In this document: positions 18,911 to 29,316 of the stretch, piece after piece
Layout: each line of letters opens with the position of its first letter
Numbering within the stretch: the first letter of the stretch is position 1
NCBI GenBank assembly: GCA_017516825.1
Contig: JAFXBC010000044.1
Location: 19,003-83,002, forward strand
Origin: Clostridia bacterium
Lineage (GTDB): Bacteria; Bacillota; Clostridia; Oscillospirales; CAG-382
Direction of reading: 5' to 3'
DNA length: 64,000 nt
Made by a program: the position numbers and the translations under genes
The notes under the pieces: model-generated
The model's database searches: none
Seen by the model: the letters and a program-made list of their open reading frames with translations, nothing else
What the model was told of the DNA's origin: nothing

Positions 18911-19177
18911 TCATACCTGTACGCGACCGGCGTTTTCCCGCAGCCAGATCCGCAAGAAGCGGTTGGTCAGGGTTGTTTCGGAAAACCGTATGGGTTCTCC
19001 CTGCTCGCCGGTGATCAATCTTACATGCTTACGGTTTTTCTTCTTTGGGGTTTCTACCCTTCTTCCCCTGCCGTCGGCAATGAAGAGGTACTCCTCTTCC
19101 TCCCGCAGGATCAGGCAGATGGTGCCTGCGTCCTTTCCGGCAAGAGATACGGCAAGACATCTTTCCAAGCCCTTCAT
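18911..19177 (-). CDS. KOW-domain RNA-binding protein (L14E/L6E-like small protein typical of Clostridia)
   Basis: The pattern SLAGKDAG...[20 protein letters not shown] and its position between map and infA. Confidence 0.65.
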   Translation of the reverse strand: MKGLERCLAVSLAGKDAGTICLILREEEEYLFIADGRGRRVETPKKKNRKHVRLITGEQGEPIRFSETTLTNRFLRIWLRENAGRVQV

Positions 19178-19179
19178 AT

Positions 19180-19932
19180 TTATGAGGGATCGGTCAGGAT
19201 GACCGCGCCGTTATCTGTCAGAGCGAAGGTGTTTTCAAAGTGGGAAGACAGCTTGCCGTCGTCGGTAACCACCGTCCATTCGTTGGACAAGGTGTGTACC
19301 GAGTGGACGCCGGCATTGATCATAGGCTCCACGGCCAATGTCATGCCGCTGCACAATCTGATCCCTCTGCCCGCTCTGCCGTAGTTGGGGACTTCCGGGT
19401 CCTCGTGTACTTTCTTTCCGATGCCGTGACCGACGTAGTCGCGGACCACGGAGTAACCAAAGGATTCTACATAGGTTTGGATGGCGTTCCCGATATCTCC
19501 GAGACGGGCACCCTCGCCCTCTGCAGCTTGAAGCCCTTTGAAAAAGCTTTGTCGGGTGACCTCGATCAGCTTCCTTGCTTCTTCGCTGATCTCGCCTACC
19601 GCAAAGGTTGCGGCACAATCGCCGTGATAGCCCTTATAGAGGGCGCCTACGTCGATCTTGACGATATCGCCGTTCTTCAGCACCCGATTGGAGGGGATCC
19701 CGTGGATCACTTCCTCGTTGACGCTGATACAAGCGGAAGCGGGAAAGCCGTAGAGGTTCAAGAAAGACGGTTTCGCGCCCATAGACGTGATGGTTTTGCG
19801 GATCACTGCATCGATCTGCGCCGTTGTGACGCCTTCCTTACAATGTTCCCCACCGATGGCACGGGCGGTTGCCGCGATGCGTCCCGCATCTCTCATCAAA
19901 CGAAGTTCTTCAGCCGACTTCAGGATGATCAT
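19180..19932 (-). CDS. map: Type I methionine aminopeptidase
   Basis: Metal ligands in the contexts KIDVGA, GYHGD, GHGIG, LAVEP and FENT. Confidence 0.95.
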   Translation of the reverse strand: MIILKSAEELRLMRDAGRIAATARAIGGEHCKEGVTTAQIDAVIRKTITSMGAKPSFLNLYGFPASACISVNEEVIHGIPSNRVLKNGDIVKIDVGALYKGYHGDCAATFAVGEISEEARKLIEVTRQSFFKGLQAAEGEGARLGDIGNAIQTYVESFGYSVVRDYVGHGIGKKVHEDPEVPNYGRAGRGIRLCSGMTLAVEPMINAGVHSVHTLSNEWTVVTDDGKLSSHFENTFALTDNGAVILTDPS

Positions 19933-20561
19933 ATGCCGAGCGCTTTCTTCACCAGTGCGGTGGTATCTTCCACGCTTTCCTGGCCGACAACGGTTTTCAG
20001 AAGATTCTTCTTTGCGTAATAGTCCTTCAACGGTTCCGTTTCCGTGTGATAGACCCTGAGTCTGTTCAAAACCGTTTCCGGCTTATCGTCAGCACGGAGG
20101 GTAAGCTCAGTGCCGCAGGAATCACAGGTCTTGCCGTCGGCTGAGGGATTGTACTTAACGTGGTAAGTAGCACCGCAACCGGGGCAGGAGCGTCTGCCGC
20201 TCATACGCTCTACGATGGTATCGTCTGCAACCTCAAGAGAGAGTACGCAGTCGATCTTCACGCCGAGCTGGTCGAGGGCATCTGCTTGGGGAATGGTACG
20301 GGGGAAGCCGTCCAGGATGAAGCCATTCGCGCAGTCCGATTGTGCCAAGCGTTCTTTTACGATGCCTACCACCACTTCGTCGGGAACCAACGCTCCGGAC
20401 TTAATGAGTTCGGATGCTTGCTTGCCAAGCTCCGTGCCGTCTTTGATGGCGGCACGGATCATGGCACCTGTCGAAATGGTAGGGATCTTGAGCGCCTCGC
20501 AGATAATTTCGCCCTGGGTGCCTTTACCCGCACCGGGAGGGCCAAACAATATCAGGTTCAT
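19929..20561 (-). CDS. adk: Adenylate kinase (zinc-lid form)
   Basis: P-loop GPPGAGKGTQ and a lid with CPGCG...CDSCG. Confidence 0.96.
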   Translation of the reverse strand: MNLILFGPPGAGKGTQGEIICEALKIPTISTGAMIRAAIKDGTELGKQASELIKSGALVPDEVVVGIVKERLAQSDCANGFILDGFPRTIPQADALDQLGVKIDCVLSLEVADDTIVERMSGRRSCPGCGATYHVKYNPSADGKTCDSCGTELTLRADDKPETVLNRLRVYHTETEPLKDYYAKKNLLKTVVGQESVEDTTALVKKALGI

Positions 20562-20583
20562 TTCTCAATTCTCCCGAAACAGA

Positions 20584-21870
20584 TCACTCAAGGAAGCCCT
20601 TGTAGTGACGCATGGTCGTCTCGCTTTCGATTTCTCTGGTGGTCTGCAATGCAACATCCACTGCGATGATGACCGAAGTACCGCCGTATACCAGCATGGA
20701 CAGCGCTGCGTTGTTGGTCCAGCTCATGAGGATCGGGAAGATCGACATGAAGGAGAGGAACAGAGCGCCGATGAGGGTAACGCGGTTGACAACCTTCTGG
20801 ATATACTGTGCGGTAGGCTGACCGGGTCTGTAACCCAGGATGGTACCGCCGTTGTTCTTCAGGTTGTTGGCAACCTCAACGGTATTGAACGAAATTGCGA
20901 TATAGAAGTATGCAAATGCGATGATCAGAACGAACATGACCAGAACGTAGATAACGCTACCGGAAGAGAACCAGTTACGTACCCATTCCTCGAAGCCGCC
21001 ACCGATGATCAAAGCCAGGGTGGAGGGCAGAGAAACGATCGCAGATGCGAAGATGACAGGCATAACGCCGCCCATCATGATCTTGATGGGAAGGTGGGTG
21101 TTTGCACCGCCGTACATCTTACGTCCAACCTGTCTCTTAGCATACTGGACAGGCAGACGGCGCTCGGAGTTGGAGAAGAACACGACCAGGGTAATGATGA
21201 CCAGCATCATTACGATTGCAGCCAGAACGCCCAGCACGTTTGCCAGAGAGAAGCTGCCGGTCAGAAGAGCCAGCATGTTTGCTGCAAGGGTGGGACCGGT
21301 GGAGACGATGTTTGCAAAGAGGATCAGGGAGATACCGTTGCCGATACCCTTCTCGTCGATGCGTTCGCCAAGCCACATAACCAAGCAGGCACCTGCAGTA
21401 TGGCACGCGATGATGACCAATGCTGCGAAGAGGCCCTTGTTCTCGATCATGCCCTGGCTCTTCAGGGTTGCGTAGTAACCGTAGGAGGTTACCACTGCGA
21501 GAACGATGGTTACGTAACGGGTGTAGCGAGAGATTCTCGCCTGACCCTCGGGACCGCTCTTAGCGATTCTTTCCAGTGCGGGGATAGCGATGGTCAGCAG
21601 CTGGATCACGATGGATGCAGTGATGTAGGGGCTGACGCCCAGTGCAAACAGAGTTGCATTGGAGAAAGCGTCGCCGGCCAGCATGCTGAAGTAGCCGAAC
21701 AGGGAGCCCTTAACAGCCTCGGAGTTGAACATTGCCTGCACTGCGTTGCTGTTGATGAAGGGAACCATCACGTTGGCGCCGAGTCGGTAAATCACGATGA
21801 CCATCAGCGTGAAGAGCATTCTCTTACGCAGCTCCGGCACCTTCCATGCATTACCGAATACCTTAAACAT
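20584..21870 (-). CDS. secY: Preprotein translocase subunit SecY
   Basis: 10-TM protein beginning [17 protein letters not shown]. Position after rplO. Confidence 0.96.
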   Translation of the reverse strand: MFKVFGNAWKVPELRKRMLFTLMVIVIYRLGANVMVPFINSNAVQAMFNSEAVKGSLFGYFSMLAGDAFSNATLFALGVSPYITASIVIQLLTIAIPALERIAKSGPEGQARISRYTRYVTIVLAVVTSYGYYATLKSQGMIENKGLFAALVIIACHTAGACLVMWLGERIDEKGIGNGISLILFANIVSTGPTLAANMLALLTGSFSLANVLGVLAAIVMMLVIITLVVFFSNSERRLPVQYAKRQVGRKMYGGANTHLPIKIMMGGVMPVIFASAIVSLPSTLALIIGGGFEEWVRNWFSSGSVIYVLVMFVLIIAFAYFYIAISFNTVEVANNLKNNGGTILGYRPGQPTAQYIQKVVNRVTLIGALFLSFMSIFPILMSWTNNAALSMLVYGGTSVIIAVDVALQTTREIESETTMRHYKGFLE

Positions 21871-22310
21871 TATACCACCTCAGTCTTTCCGCCTGCGGCT
21901 TCGATCTTTTCTTTAGCGGATGCGGAAAACTTGGTTGCTTTTACGGTAAATGCCTTGGTTACTTCGCCGTCGCCCAGGACCTTCAGTCCGTCGAACGTGT
22001 TCTTAATGATGCCATTTGCAACGAGGGTGTCCAGATCGATCACCGCGCCGTTCTCAAATGCGTCCAGAGCGGACAGATTGATGATGGCATACTGAGTTGC
22101 AAAGTGGTTTTTGAAACCTCTCTTGGGAAGTTTTCTGTAAAGGGGCAACTGACCGCCCTCGAAACCGGGTCTAACACCGCCGCCGGAACGAGCGTTCTGG
22201 CCCTTGTGACCCTTACCTGCGGTCTTGCCGTTACCACTACCTGCACCTCTACCTTTTCTGTAGGGTGCTTTGGTGGAACCGACAGCCGGAGAAAGCTCAT
22301 GAAGCTTCAT
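21870..22310 (-). CDS. rplO: 50S ribosomal protein L15
   Basis: [38 protein letters not shown]. Confidence 0.96.
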   Translation of the reverse strand: MKLHELSPAVGSTKAPYRKGRGAGSGNGKTAGKGHKGQNARSGGGVRPGFEGGQLPLYRKLPKRGFKNHFATQYAIINLSALDAFENGAVIDLDTLVANGIIKNTFDGLKVLGDGEVTKAFTVKATKFSASAKEKIEAAGGKTEVV

Positions 22311-22344
22311 AACAATATCCTCCTTCTTCTAATCTGTCGATCCG

Positions 22345-22524
22345 TTATTCTGCATCTTCGACTTTAACGAGGTGGCAGATAACGTTGATCTTGCCCTCAA
22401 TGCTTGCATCCTTTTCAACGATCTTGTAATCGCCGATCTTGTTCAGACCGAGGGATGCAGCGGTGAGGATCTGGTTCTTTTTACGACCGATCAGGCTCTT
22501 GGCCAGAGTAATTTTAACTTTCAT
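22345..22524 (-). CDS. rpmD: 50S ribosomal protein L30
   Basis: Not in the ORF track. Manual translation gives MKVKITLAKSLIGRKKNQILTAASLGLNKIGDYKIVEKDASIEGKINVICHLVKVEDAE, 59 aa. Confidence 0.9.
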   Translation of the reverse strand: MKVKITLAKSLIGRKKNQILTAASLGLNKIGDYKIVEKDASIEGKINVICHLVKVEDAE

Positions 22525-22535
22525 GTCTGACCTCC

Positions 22536-23030
22536 TTAGCGGACGTTGTTGACGTCGATGCCACGCATAGCGGCAACTTCTTCAACGGTACGAAGTTCCT
22601 TCAGAGCCTCGAAGGTTGCTTTCACAACGTTCGCAGGGTTGTTGGAGCGGAGAGACTTACCGCGGATATCGCGGATGCCTGCCATTTCAAGAACGGCACG
22701 GACCTTGCCACCGGCGATGATACCGGTACCGGGTGCAGCGGGCTTCAGCAGAACCTTGCCTGCGCCGTATTCACCGATGATCTCGTGGGGGATGGTAGTA
22801 CCAACCAGGGGAACCTCGATGACGTTCTTCTTAGCTGCTTCGATTGCCTTACGGATGGCATCCGGAACCTCGGCTGCCTTACCGATGCCGTAACCCACCA
22901 GGCCTTCGCCGTTGCCGACAACGACCAGAGCGGAGAAGCGACGGATACGACCGCCCTTTACGGTTTTGGAAACGCTCTTGGTATCAACAAGGTTTTCCTT
23001 GAATTCTACATTGGAATAATCTTTTTTCAT
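22536..23030 (-). CDS. rpsE: 30S ribosomal protein S5
   Basis: [33 protein letters not shown]. Confidence 0.96.
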   Translation of the reverse strand: MKKDYSNVEFKENLVDTKSVSKTVKGGRIRRFSALVVVGNGEGLVGYGIGKAAEVPDAIRKAIEAAKKNVIEVPLVGTTIPHEIIGEYGAGKVLLKPAAPGTGIIAGGKVRAVLEMAGIRDIRGKSLRSNNPANVVKATFEALKELRTVEEVAAMRGIDVNNVR

Positions 23031-23040
23031 AATACCCTCC

Positions 23041-23400
23041 TTAGAACTTCAGGCCGGCTTCGCGAGCAGCCTCAGCGAGAGCCTTCACACGGCCGTGATA
23101 GAGATTACCGCCGCGGTCGAACACCACTTCGGTGATGTTCTTCTCAAGGGCTCTCTTTGCAGCCAGTTCGCCAACCTTTTTTGCAGCCTCGATGTTGCCG
23201 CCTTCTGCGCCGAATTCCTTTTCGGTGGAGGAAGCTGCTACGAGGGTATTGCCTACGGTGTCGTCGATGATCTGAACGTAGATGTTATCGTTGGAACGAT
23301 AAACGCAGAAACGGGGTCTTGCGGGAGTTCCGAAAATCTTCGCTCTGACTCTCTTATGTCTATGGAGTCTCTTTGCATTGCTATCAGCACGAGTAATCAT
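23041..23400 (-). CDS. rplR: 50S ribosomal protein L18
   Basis: [34 protein letters not shown]. Confidence 0.96.
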   Translation of the reverse strand: MITRADSNAKRLHRHKRVRAKIFGTPARPRFCVYRSNDNIYVQIIDDTVGNTLVAASSTEKEFGAEGGNIEAAKKVGELAAKRALEKNITEVVFDRGGNLYHGRVKALAEAAREAGLKF

Positions 23401-23421
23401 GTTTCTTTCCTCTCCTTCCCG

Positions 23422-23970
23422 TTATTTGCCGGCCTTACCGGACTTGCTTCTCACGTATTCGCCGGCATAGCGGATACCCTTACCATGGTAGGGTTCGGGA
23501 GGACGCTTGCCGCGGATAACTGCTGCGATCTGACCGACCTGCTGCTTATTGGAGCCGCTTACCTTGATCTTCAAGCCGCCGCTGTCGCCGGGGATCTCAA
23601 AGGTGATGCCCTGGGGAGCGGTCATGAGAATATCATGGGAGTAGCCCAAGTGCAGGAGAAGGTCCTTGCCCTTCATTTCTGCACGGTAACCAACACCGAT
23701 GATCTCCAGGTTCTTAACGTAGCCCTCGGTAACACCAACGATCATGTTGGCGATCAGGGTTCTGGAAAGACCGTGGAGGGATCTTGCCTCTTTCTCGTCG
23801 TTGGGACGAGTGACAAGAATTTCCGCACCCTCAACGTTTACGTTGATGATGGGAGAGATCTGCTCGGAAAGTTCGCCTTTGGGACCCTTAACGGTAACCA
23901 GGTTGCTGTCGCTGACAGTAACGGTCACACCGGCAGGGAGCGCAATCGGCTTTCTACCAATTCTGGACAT
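23422..23970 (-). CDS. rplF: 50S ribosomal protein L6
   Basis: [19 protein letters not shown]. Confidence 0.96.
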   Translation of the reverse strand: MSRIGRKPIALPAGVTVTVSDSNLVTVKGPKGELSEQISPIINVNVEGAEILVTRPNDEKEARSLHGLSRTLIANMIVGVTEGYVKNLEIIGVGYRAEMKGKDLLLHLGYSHDILMTAPQGITFEIPGDSGGLKIKVSGSNKQQVGQIAAVIRGKRPPEPYHGKGIRYAGEYVRSKSGKAGK

Positions 23971-23984
23971 GTTTCAAATCCTCC

Positions 23985-24383
23985 TTACCAAACGAAGGCG
24001 AGCACTTCACCGCCCACGTTCTCTTTGCGGGCTGCCTTGTCGGTCATGATACCACGGGAGGTGGAAACAATCGCGATGCCGAGGCCGTTTCTGACCTTCG
24101 GAATGTCCTGACTTGCCGCATAAATCCTCAATCCGGGCTTAGAGACACGCTTAATGCCCTGGATGATCTTCTGCTTACCTTCGCCGTACTTCAGGGTAAT
24201 GGTGATGATGCCCTGCTTGCCGTCGTCGGTTACTTTGTAATCTTTGATGTAGCCTTCGTCGAGAAGAATCTGAACGATGGCTTTCTTCATATTGGAAGCA
24301 GGTACTTCAACAGTCTCGTGCTTTGCATCGTTTGCATTGCGGATTCTGGTGAGCAGGTCTGCTACAACGTCTGTCATCTGCAT
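23985..24383 (-). CDS. rpsH: 30S ribosomal protein S8
   Basis: [27 protein letters not shown]. Confidence 0.96.
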   Translation of the reverse strand: MQMTDVVADLLTRIRNANDAKHETVEVPASNMKKAIVQILLDEGYIKDYKVTDDGKQGIITITLKYGEGKQKIIQGIKRVSKPGLRIYAASQDIPKVRNGLGIAIVSTSRGIMTDKAARKENVGGEVLAFVW

Positions 24384-24402
24384 AGTTCAATCCTCCTTAC
24401 GA

Positions 24403-24588
24403 TTACCAGCTGGCTTTTTTCACGCCGGGAATCTGGCCCTTGTAAGCCAATTCACGGAAGCAGATACGGCAAATGCCGTATTTTCTCATATACGCGTGCG
24501 GTCTGCCGCAGATCTTACATCTGGTGTACGCACGGGTGGAAAACTTGGGGGCCTTCTGCTGCTTGAGAATCATTGCTTTCTTTGCCAT
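24403..24588 (-). CDS. rpsZ: 30S ribosomal protein S14 type Z (zinc-binding)
   Basis: 61 aa with [23 protein letters not shown] (CxxC...CxxC). Confidence 0.96.
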   Translation of the reverse strand: MAKKAMILKQQKAPKFSTRAYTRCKICGRPHAYMRKYGICRICFRELAYKGQIPGVKKASW

Positions 24589-24601
24589 CTTGTTTTCCTC
24601 C

Positions 24602-25144
24602 TTACTGTTTTGCGAACGGAGCGCCCAGGAGAGTCAGAAGCTCTTTTGCTTCCTCGTCGGTCTGTGCGGTCGTTACGAACACGATATCCATACCTCTGAC
24701 CTTATCCACCTTGTCGTACTCGATCTCGGGGAAGATCAGCTGTTCCTTCAAGCCTACGCTGTAATTGCCTCTGCCGTCGAACGCGTTGGGGTTGATACCC
24801 TTGAAGTCACGTACACGGGGCAGCGCGAGGTTGAAGAACTTGTCTACGAATTCCCACATGTTCTCAGCGCGCAGGGTAACCTTAACGCCGATCTTCTGGC
24901 CTGCTCTGATCTTGAAGTTAGAGACAGACTTCTTTGCGGTGGTGGGAACTGCCTTCTGACCGGTGATGGCGGTCAGGTCTGCGATGATAGCGTCGATCAC
25001 CTTGGGGTTCTCTTTAGCTTCGCCGGCACCAACGTTGATCACGACCTTGTTCAGTCTCGGGATCTGCATGGGGCTGGTGTAGTTGAACTTTGCCATGAGG
25101 GCAGGTGCAACGTCGCTATTGTAATATTCTTTCAGTCTAGACAT
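24602..25144 (-). CDS. rplE: 50S ribosomal protein L5
   Basis: [22 protein letters not shown]... Confidence 0.96.
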   Translation of the reverse strand: MSRLKEYYNSDVAPALMAKFNYTSPMQIPRLNKVVINVGAGEAKENPKVIDAIIADLTAITGQKAVPTTAKKSVSNFKIRAGQKIGVKVTLRAENMWEFVDKFFNLALPRVRDFKGINPNAFDGRGNYSVGLKEQLIFPEIEYDKVDKVRGMDIVFVTTAQTDEEAKELLTLLGAPFAKQ

Positions 25145-25162
25145 TGTAAATACCCTCCTTCA

Positions 25163-25501
25163 TCAAATTTCTTTGCCGCAGCCTTTTTTGCCTGCGCAAA
25201 CTCTGATCTTACGGCCGTCTTCGGTGATCTGAACCTTGGAGCGTCTGCCTGCCTTGCAGTTGGGGCAGTAGAGCTGCACCTTGCTGGCATAGATGGCGCC
25301 TTCGGTCTTGATGATACCGCCTGCCTCACCCTGTCTTCTGGGCTTGACGTGCTTAGATACGATCTGAACACCCTCAACCATGACCTTGCCTTCCTTGGGG
25401 GAAACGCCGATCACTTTGCCGATTGCGGGCTCTTTACCGTTTGCATATTCGCCGGAGATCACGATAACGGTATCGCCGGTCTTAACGTGCATCTTACTCA
25501 T
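25163..25501 (-). CDS. rplX: 50S ribosomal protein L24 (Cys4-containing C-terminus)
   Basis: KOW motif MHVKTGDTVIVISG. The start at MSKMHV has GGGAGGA 6 nt upstream. The C-terminus contains CPNC-x17-C-x5-C. Confidence 0.93.
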   Translation of the reverse strand: MSKMHVKTGDTVIVISGEYANGKEPAIGKVIGVSPKEGKVMVEGVQIVSKHVKPRRQGEAGGIIKTEGAIYASKVQLYCPNCKAGRRSKVQITEDGRKIRVCAGKKGCGKEI

Positions 25502-25515
25502 TGTACATCCTCCCA

Positions 25516-25884
25516 TCAAACAACTTCGGGTGCCAGGGAGAGGATCTTCATGTAGTCGTGATCACGAAGCTCTCTTGCAATGGGCCCAAAGATACGGGTA
25601 CCGCGGGGGTTCTTGTCTTCCTTGATGATGACTGCTGCGTTCTCATCGAAACGAACGTAGGAGCCATCAGCTCTTCTAACGGGCTGTACGGTTCTTACCA
25701 CAACGGCGCGAACAACGTCACCCTTCTTCACAACACCGCCGGGTGCTGCTTTCTTAACTGCGCAAACAACAACATCGCCTACACCTGCATAACGTCTGCC
25801 GGTACCGCCAAGTACGCGGATGCACATAAGCTCTTTAGCTCCGGTGTTGTCGGCAACTTTCATCATAGATTGCTGCTGTAACAT
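25516..25884 (-). CDS. rplN: 50S ribosomal protein L14
   Basis: [27 protein letters not shown]. Confidence 0.96.
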   Translation of the reverse strand: MLQQQSMMKVADNTGAKELMCIRVLGGTGRRYAGVGDVVVCAVKKAAPGGVVKKGDVVRAVVVRTVQPVRRADGSYVRFDENAAVIIKEDKNPRGTRIFGPIARELRDHDYMKILSLAPEVV

Positions 25885-25898
25885 TCTGTACCTCCTGC

Positions 25899-26156
25899 TT
25901 ACTTAGCCTTCTCGACGATCTTGACGAGACGCCAGTTCTTGTCCTTGGAGAGAGGTCTGGTTTCCATGATCATAACGATATCGCCAACTTTTGCTTCGTT
26001 GTTCTCGTCATGAGCCTTGAAACGGACGGTTCTCTTGATAATCTTCTTATAAAGGGGGTGCTTCACATTGTCGCGTACGGCAACGACGATGGTCTTGTCC
26101 ATCTTGTCGCTTGCTACGATACCGACTCTGGTCTTTCTCATAGATCTTGCTTCCAT
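25899..26156 (-). CDS. rpsQ: 30S ribosomal protein S17
   Basis: [21 protein letters not shown]. Confidence 0.95.
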   Translation of the reverse strand: MEARSMRKTRVGIVASDKMDKTIVVAVRDNVKHPLYKKIIKRTVRFKAHDENNEAKVGDIVMIMETRPLSKDKNWRLVKIVEKAK

Positions 26157-26172
26157 GTTCTACTCCTTTCCC

Positions 26173-26373
26173 TTACGCATTCTCTGCGAGCTGCTTCTCG
26201 CGGAGAACAGTCAGCATCCGTGCGATCGTCTTCTTGGTCTCAACGATCTTCATCGGATTTTCGAGCTGGTTGATAGAATGCTGGAAGCGAAGATTGAAGA
26301 GCGCTTCCTTCTGCTCCTTGATGGCCTTTTCCAGTTCGGAAGCGGACAACTCTTTGATTTCTCTGATATCCAT
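26173..26373 (-). CDS. rpmC: 50S ribosomal protein L29
   Basis: IKELSASELEKAIKEQKEALFNLRFQ. Confidence 0.95.
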   Translation of the reverse strand: MDIREIKELSASELEKAIKEQKEALFNLRFQHSINQLENPMKIVETKKTIARMLTVLREKQLAENA

Positions 26374-26375
26374 CT

Positions 26376-26804
26376 TTATGCCTCCTGATTTTCAAGGTCA
26401 GCTTTCGTTGCAAACTTGCATTTGATCGGAAGCTTGTGGGAAGCGAGACGCATTGCTTCGCGAGCAACAGCTTCGTCGATGCCTTCCATCTCGAACATAA
26501 CTCTGCCCGGCTTTACAACTGCTACCCAGTATTCGGGAGAACCCTTACCGGAACCCATTCGGGTTTCTGCAGGCTTCTCGGTGATGGGCTTATCCGGGAA
26601 GATCTTGATCCAAACCTTACCGCCACGCTTGATATAACGGGTCATAGCAATACGGGCTGCCTCGATCTGGTTGCTGGTGATCCAAGCGGGCTCGGTAGCA
26701 ACCAAGCCGTACTGACCGTTGGTGATCTTGTTGCCTCTGTAGGCCTTACCGGTCAGTCTGCCTCTGTGGACACGTCTGTATTTAACTCTCTTAGGCATTA
26801 ACAT
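26376..26804 (-). CDS. rplP: 50S ribosomal protein L16
   Basis: [21 protein letters not shown]. Confidence 0.96.
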   Translation of the reverse strand: MLMPKRVKYRRVHRGRLTGKAYRGNKITNGQYGLVATEPAWITSNQIEAARIAMTRYIKRGGKVWIKIFPDKPITEKPAETRMGSGKGSPEYWVAVVKPGRVMFEMEGIDEAVAREAMRLASHKLPIKCKFATKADLENQEA

Positions 26805-27484
26805 TAGCGTCTACCTCCTTCGCGAACAGCGGTGCGCTTCACTTCGGAGAGGACCTCGCCCTTGTAGATCCAAACCTTGATACCGATCTTACCGTAGGTG
26901 GTGTTAGCTTCAGCGAAGCCGTAGTCGATATCTGCACGGAGGGTCTGCAGCGGGATGGTACCTTCGTGATAGTGTTCGGTTCTCGCGATTTCCGCGCCGC
27001 CCAGACGGCCGCCGCAGGAGATCTTGATACCCTTAGCACCAAGCTTCATGGTTCTGCCGATTGCCTGTTTCATTGCACGGCGGAAGGAGATTCTCTTCTC
27101 CAGCTGAGCTGCAATGTTCTCGGCAACCAGGGTTGCGTTCAAGTCGGGGCTCTTTACCTCAACGACCTTCACATCCACGGTAACGTTTGCGGGAGTGTTC
27201 AGGAATTTGGTGATAACGCCCTTGAGCTTTTCGATCTCTGCGCCGCCCTTACCGATGATGATACCGGGCTTAGCACAGTGGATGATCACTTTGATACGGC
27301 TGTTGTCGCGTTCGATCTCGATCTTGGGAACGCCAGCCTGAGCAAGTCTCTGCTTGAGGAACTTTCTGAGCTGATAGTCGGAAACCAGGGTATCGCCGAA
27401 ATCCTGTTCCTTTACATACCAACGGGAGTCCCAATTTTTGATGACGCCCACACGAAGTCCGTGGGGATTAACTTTCTGTCCCAT
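26804..27484 (-). CDS. rpsC: 30S ribosomal protein S3
   Basis: [23 protein letters not shown]. Confidence 0.96.
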   Translation of the reverse strand: MGQKVNPHGLRVGVIKNWDSRWYVKEQDFGDTLVSDYQLRKFLKQRLAQAGVPKIEIERDNSRIKVIIHCAKPGIIIGKGGAEIEKLKGVITKFLNTPANVTVDVKVVEVKSPDLNATLVAENIAAQLEKRISFRRAMKQAIGRTMKLGAKGIKISCGGRLGGAEIARTEHYHEGTIPLQTLRADIDYGFAEANTTYGKIGIKVWIYKGEVLSEVKRTAVREGGRR

Positions 27485-27499
27485 TTTCAGTCCTCCTCC

Positions 27500-27850
27500 T
27501 TAGTCTCTTTCTTTCAGCGTGAGGTTCACATGAGAGGTACGCTTGATGATGCGGAAGGCTCTGCCCTGCGCGCGAGGCTGAACTCTCTTCATGTTCTTGA
27601 GAATGCCGGGAGTTACGTAGCACTCAGCAACGTAGAGCTTCTCAACATCCATACCGAAGTTATGCTCGGCATTTGCCATAGCGGATTTCAACAGCTTTGC
27701 GATATCGGTAGCCACCAGCTTGTTGGTGTTCTTCAGAATCGCCATTGCAACAGCGGCATCCTTGCCTCTGATCTCATCCAACACGATCCCAACCTTACGG
27801 GGAGATACGCGAAGCTGCTTAAGATAAGCTTTAGAAACTTTGTTTTCCAT
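27500..27850 (-). CDS. rplV: 50S ribosomal protein L22
   Basis: AYLKQLRVSPRKVGIVLDEIRGK. Confidence 0.95.
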   Translation of the reverse strand: MENKVSKAYLKQLRVSPRKVGIVLDEIRGKDAAVAMAILKNTNKLVATDIAKLLKSAMANAEHNFGMDVEKLYVAECYVTPGILKNMKRVQPRAQGRAFRIIKRTSHVNLTLKERD

Positions 27851-27875
27851 CGTTTATTCTCCTTTCAGCCCGCGC

Positions 27876-28157
27876 TTATTTACCGTTGTTGGAAGTCTTG
27901 GAACCGGCGTGGCCCTTATAGGTTCTGGTGGGAGCGAACTCACCCAGCTTGTGACCTACCATGTCCTCAACTACGTATACCGGGACGTGCTTTCTGCCGT
28001 CGTAAACGGCAATGGTGTGACCGACGAAATCCGGGAAGATGGTAGAGGCGCGAGACCAGGTCTTCAGGACTCTCTTTTCGCCCTTATCATTCATTTCACA
28101 AATGCGCTTATACAGTTTGGCCTCAACGAAAGGGCCTTTTTTTACGCTTCTGCTCAT
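27876..28157 (-). CDS. rpsS: 30S ribosomal protein S19
   Basis: [15 protein letters not shown]...[16 protein letters not shown]. Confidence 0.96.
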   Translation of the reverse strand: MSRSVKKGPFVEAKLYKRICEMNDKGEKRVLKTWSRASTIFPDFVGHTIAVYDGRKHVPVYVVEDMVGHKLGEFAPTRTYKGHAGSKTSNNGK

Positions 28158-28172
28158 TGTTCATATCCTCCT

Positions 28173-29006
28173 TTATTTGTCGTTACGTCTCTTGACGATG
28201 AACTTGTTGGTGCGCGCCTTCTTGTTTCTGGTCTTATAACCCAGAGCAGGCTTGCCCCAAGGAGTTACAGGACCGGGACGGCCGATGGGAGCGCGGCCCT
28301 CACCACCACCGTGGGGGTGGTCGCAGGGGTTCATTACGGAACCTCTGACGGTAGGTCTGATACCCATGTGACGCTTCTTACCGGCTTTACCGATCTTGAT
28401 GTTCTCGTGCTCCAGGTTGCCGATGGTGCCGATGGTTGCCTTGCAATCCAGACGGACCAGACGAACCTCGCCGGAGGGGAGACGGATCTGAGCCATGCCG
28501 TTCTCTTTTGCCATCAGCTGAGCTGCGGCACCTGCGGAACGAACCAGCTGAGCGCCTCTGCCGGGGTAGAGCTCGATGGAGTTGATCAGGGTACCTACGG
28601 GGATATTGCCGATGGGCAGCACGTTGCCGGGCTTAATGTCGGCATTTTCGCCTGCGAAGAGGACGTCGCCAACCTTGATACCGTCGGTTGCAAGAACGTA
28701 GCTCTTCTTCCCTGCTTCATCCTGGAGAAGTGCGATATAAGCGGTACGGTTGGGGTCGTACTCGATAGCGGTAACGGTGTTACCGTTAGCGTTGAACGCG
28801 CCCTTAAAATCGATGATTCTGTACTTGGTCTTGTTGCCGCCGCCGTGATGACGAACGGTGATCTTACCGGTGTTGTTACGGCCTGCCTTGTGCTTCAGAG
28901 TAACAAGCAGGCTTTTCTCAGGCTTACTCTTGGTCAGCTCCACAAAGGAGGGAGTGGCCATGTGTCTGAGTGACGGAGTAGTAGGGCTATAAGTCTTTAC
29001 TGCCAT
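28173..29006 (-). CDS. rplB: 50S ribosomal protein L2
   Basis: [16 protein letters not shown]...[13 protein letters not shown]. Confidence 0.97.
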   Translation of the reverse strand: MAVKTYSPTTPSLRHMATPSFVELTKSKPEKSLLVTLKHKAGRNNTGKITVRHHGGGNKTKYRIIDFKGAFNANGNTVTAIEYDPNRTAYIALLQDEAGKKSYVLATDGIKVGDVLFAGENADIKPGNVLPIGNIPVGTLINSIELYPGRGAQLVRSAGAAAQLMAKENGMAQIRLPSGEVRLVRLDCKATIGTIGNLEHENIKIGKAGKKRHMGIRPTVRGSVMNPCDHPHGGGEGRAPIGRPGPVTPWGKPALGYKTRNKKARTNKFIVKRRNDK

Positions 29007-29022
29007 TTCCGTTACTCCTTTC

Positions 29023-29316
29023 TTACATCAAGCTGTCGAAGAACTCGATCGTCTTGGAATCTGCAGTCAGCTTCACGATCGCTTTCTTCCACTGCGCGGT
29101 ATAACCGTAGTGGTAGCCCATTCTGCGGGGCTTTCTCTTCATGGTGATGGTGGTCACCTTTTCAACTTCCACACCGAAGATCTCTTCCACTGCGTTCTTG
29201 ATCTCGATCTTGTTTGCATCGTTAGCAACGCGGAAGGTGTACTTCTTCTGCTGGATGTTGGCAATCGCTGCCTCGGTGATGACCGGCTTCTGGATTACAT
29301 CGTATGCGGTTTTCAT
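29023..29316 (-). CDS. rplW: 50S ribosomal protein L23
   Basis: [13 protein letters not shown]...KYTFRV. Confidence 0.95.
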   Translation of the reverse strand: MKTAYDVIQKPVITEAAIANIQQKKYTFRVANDANKIEIKNAVEEIFGVEVEKVTTITMKRKPRRMGYHYGYTAQWKKAIVKLTADSKTIEFFDSLM

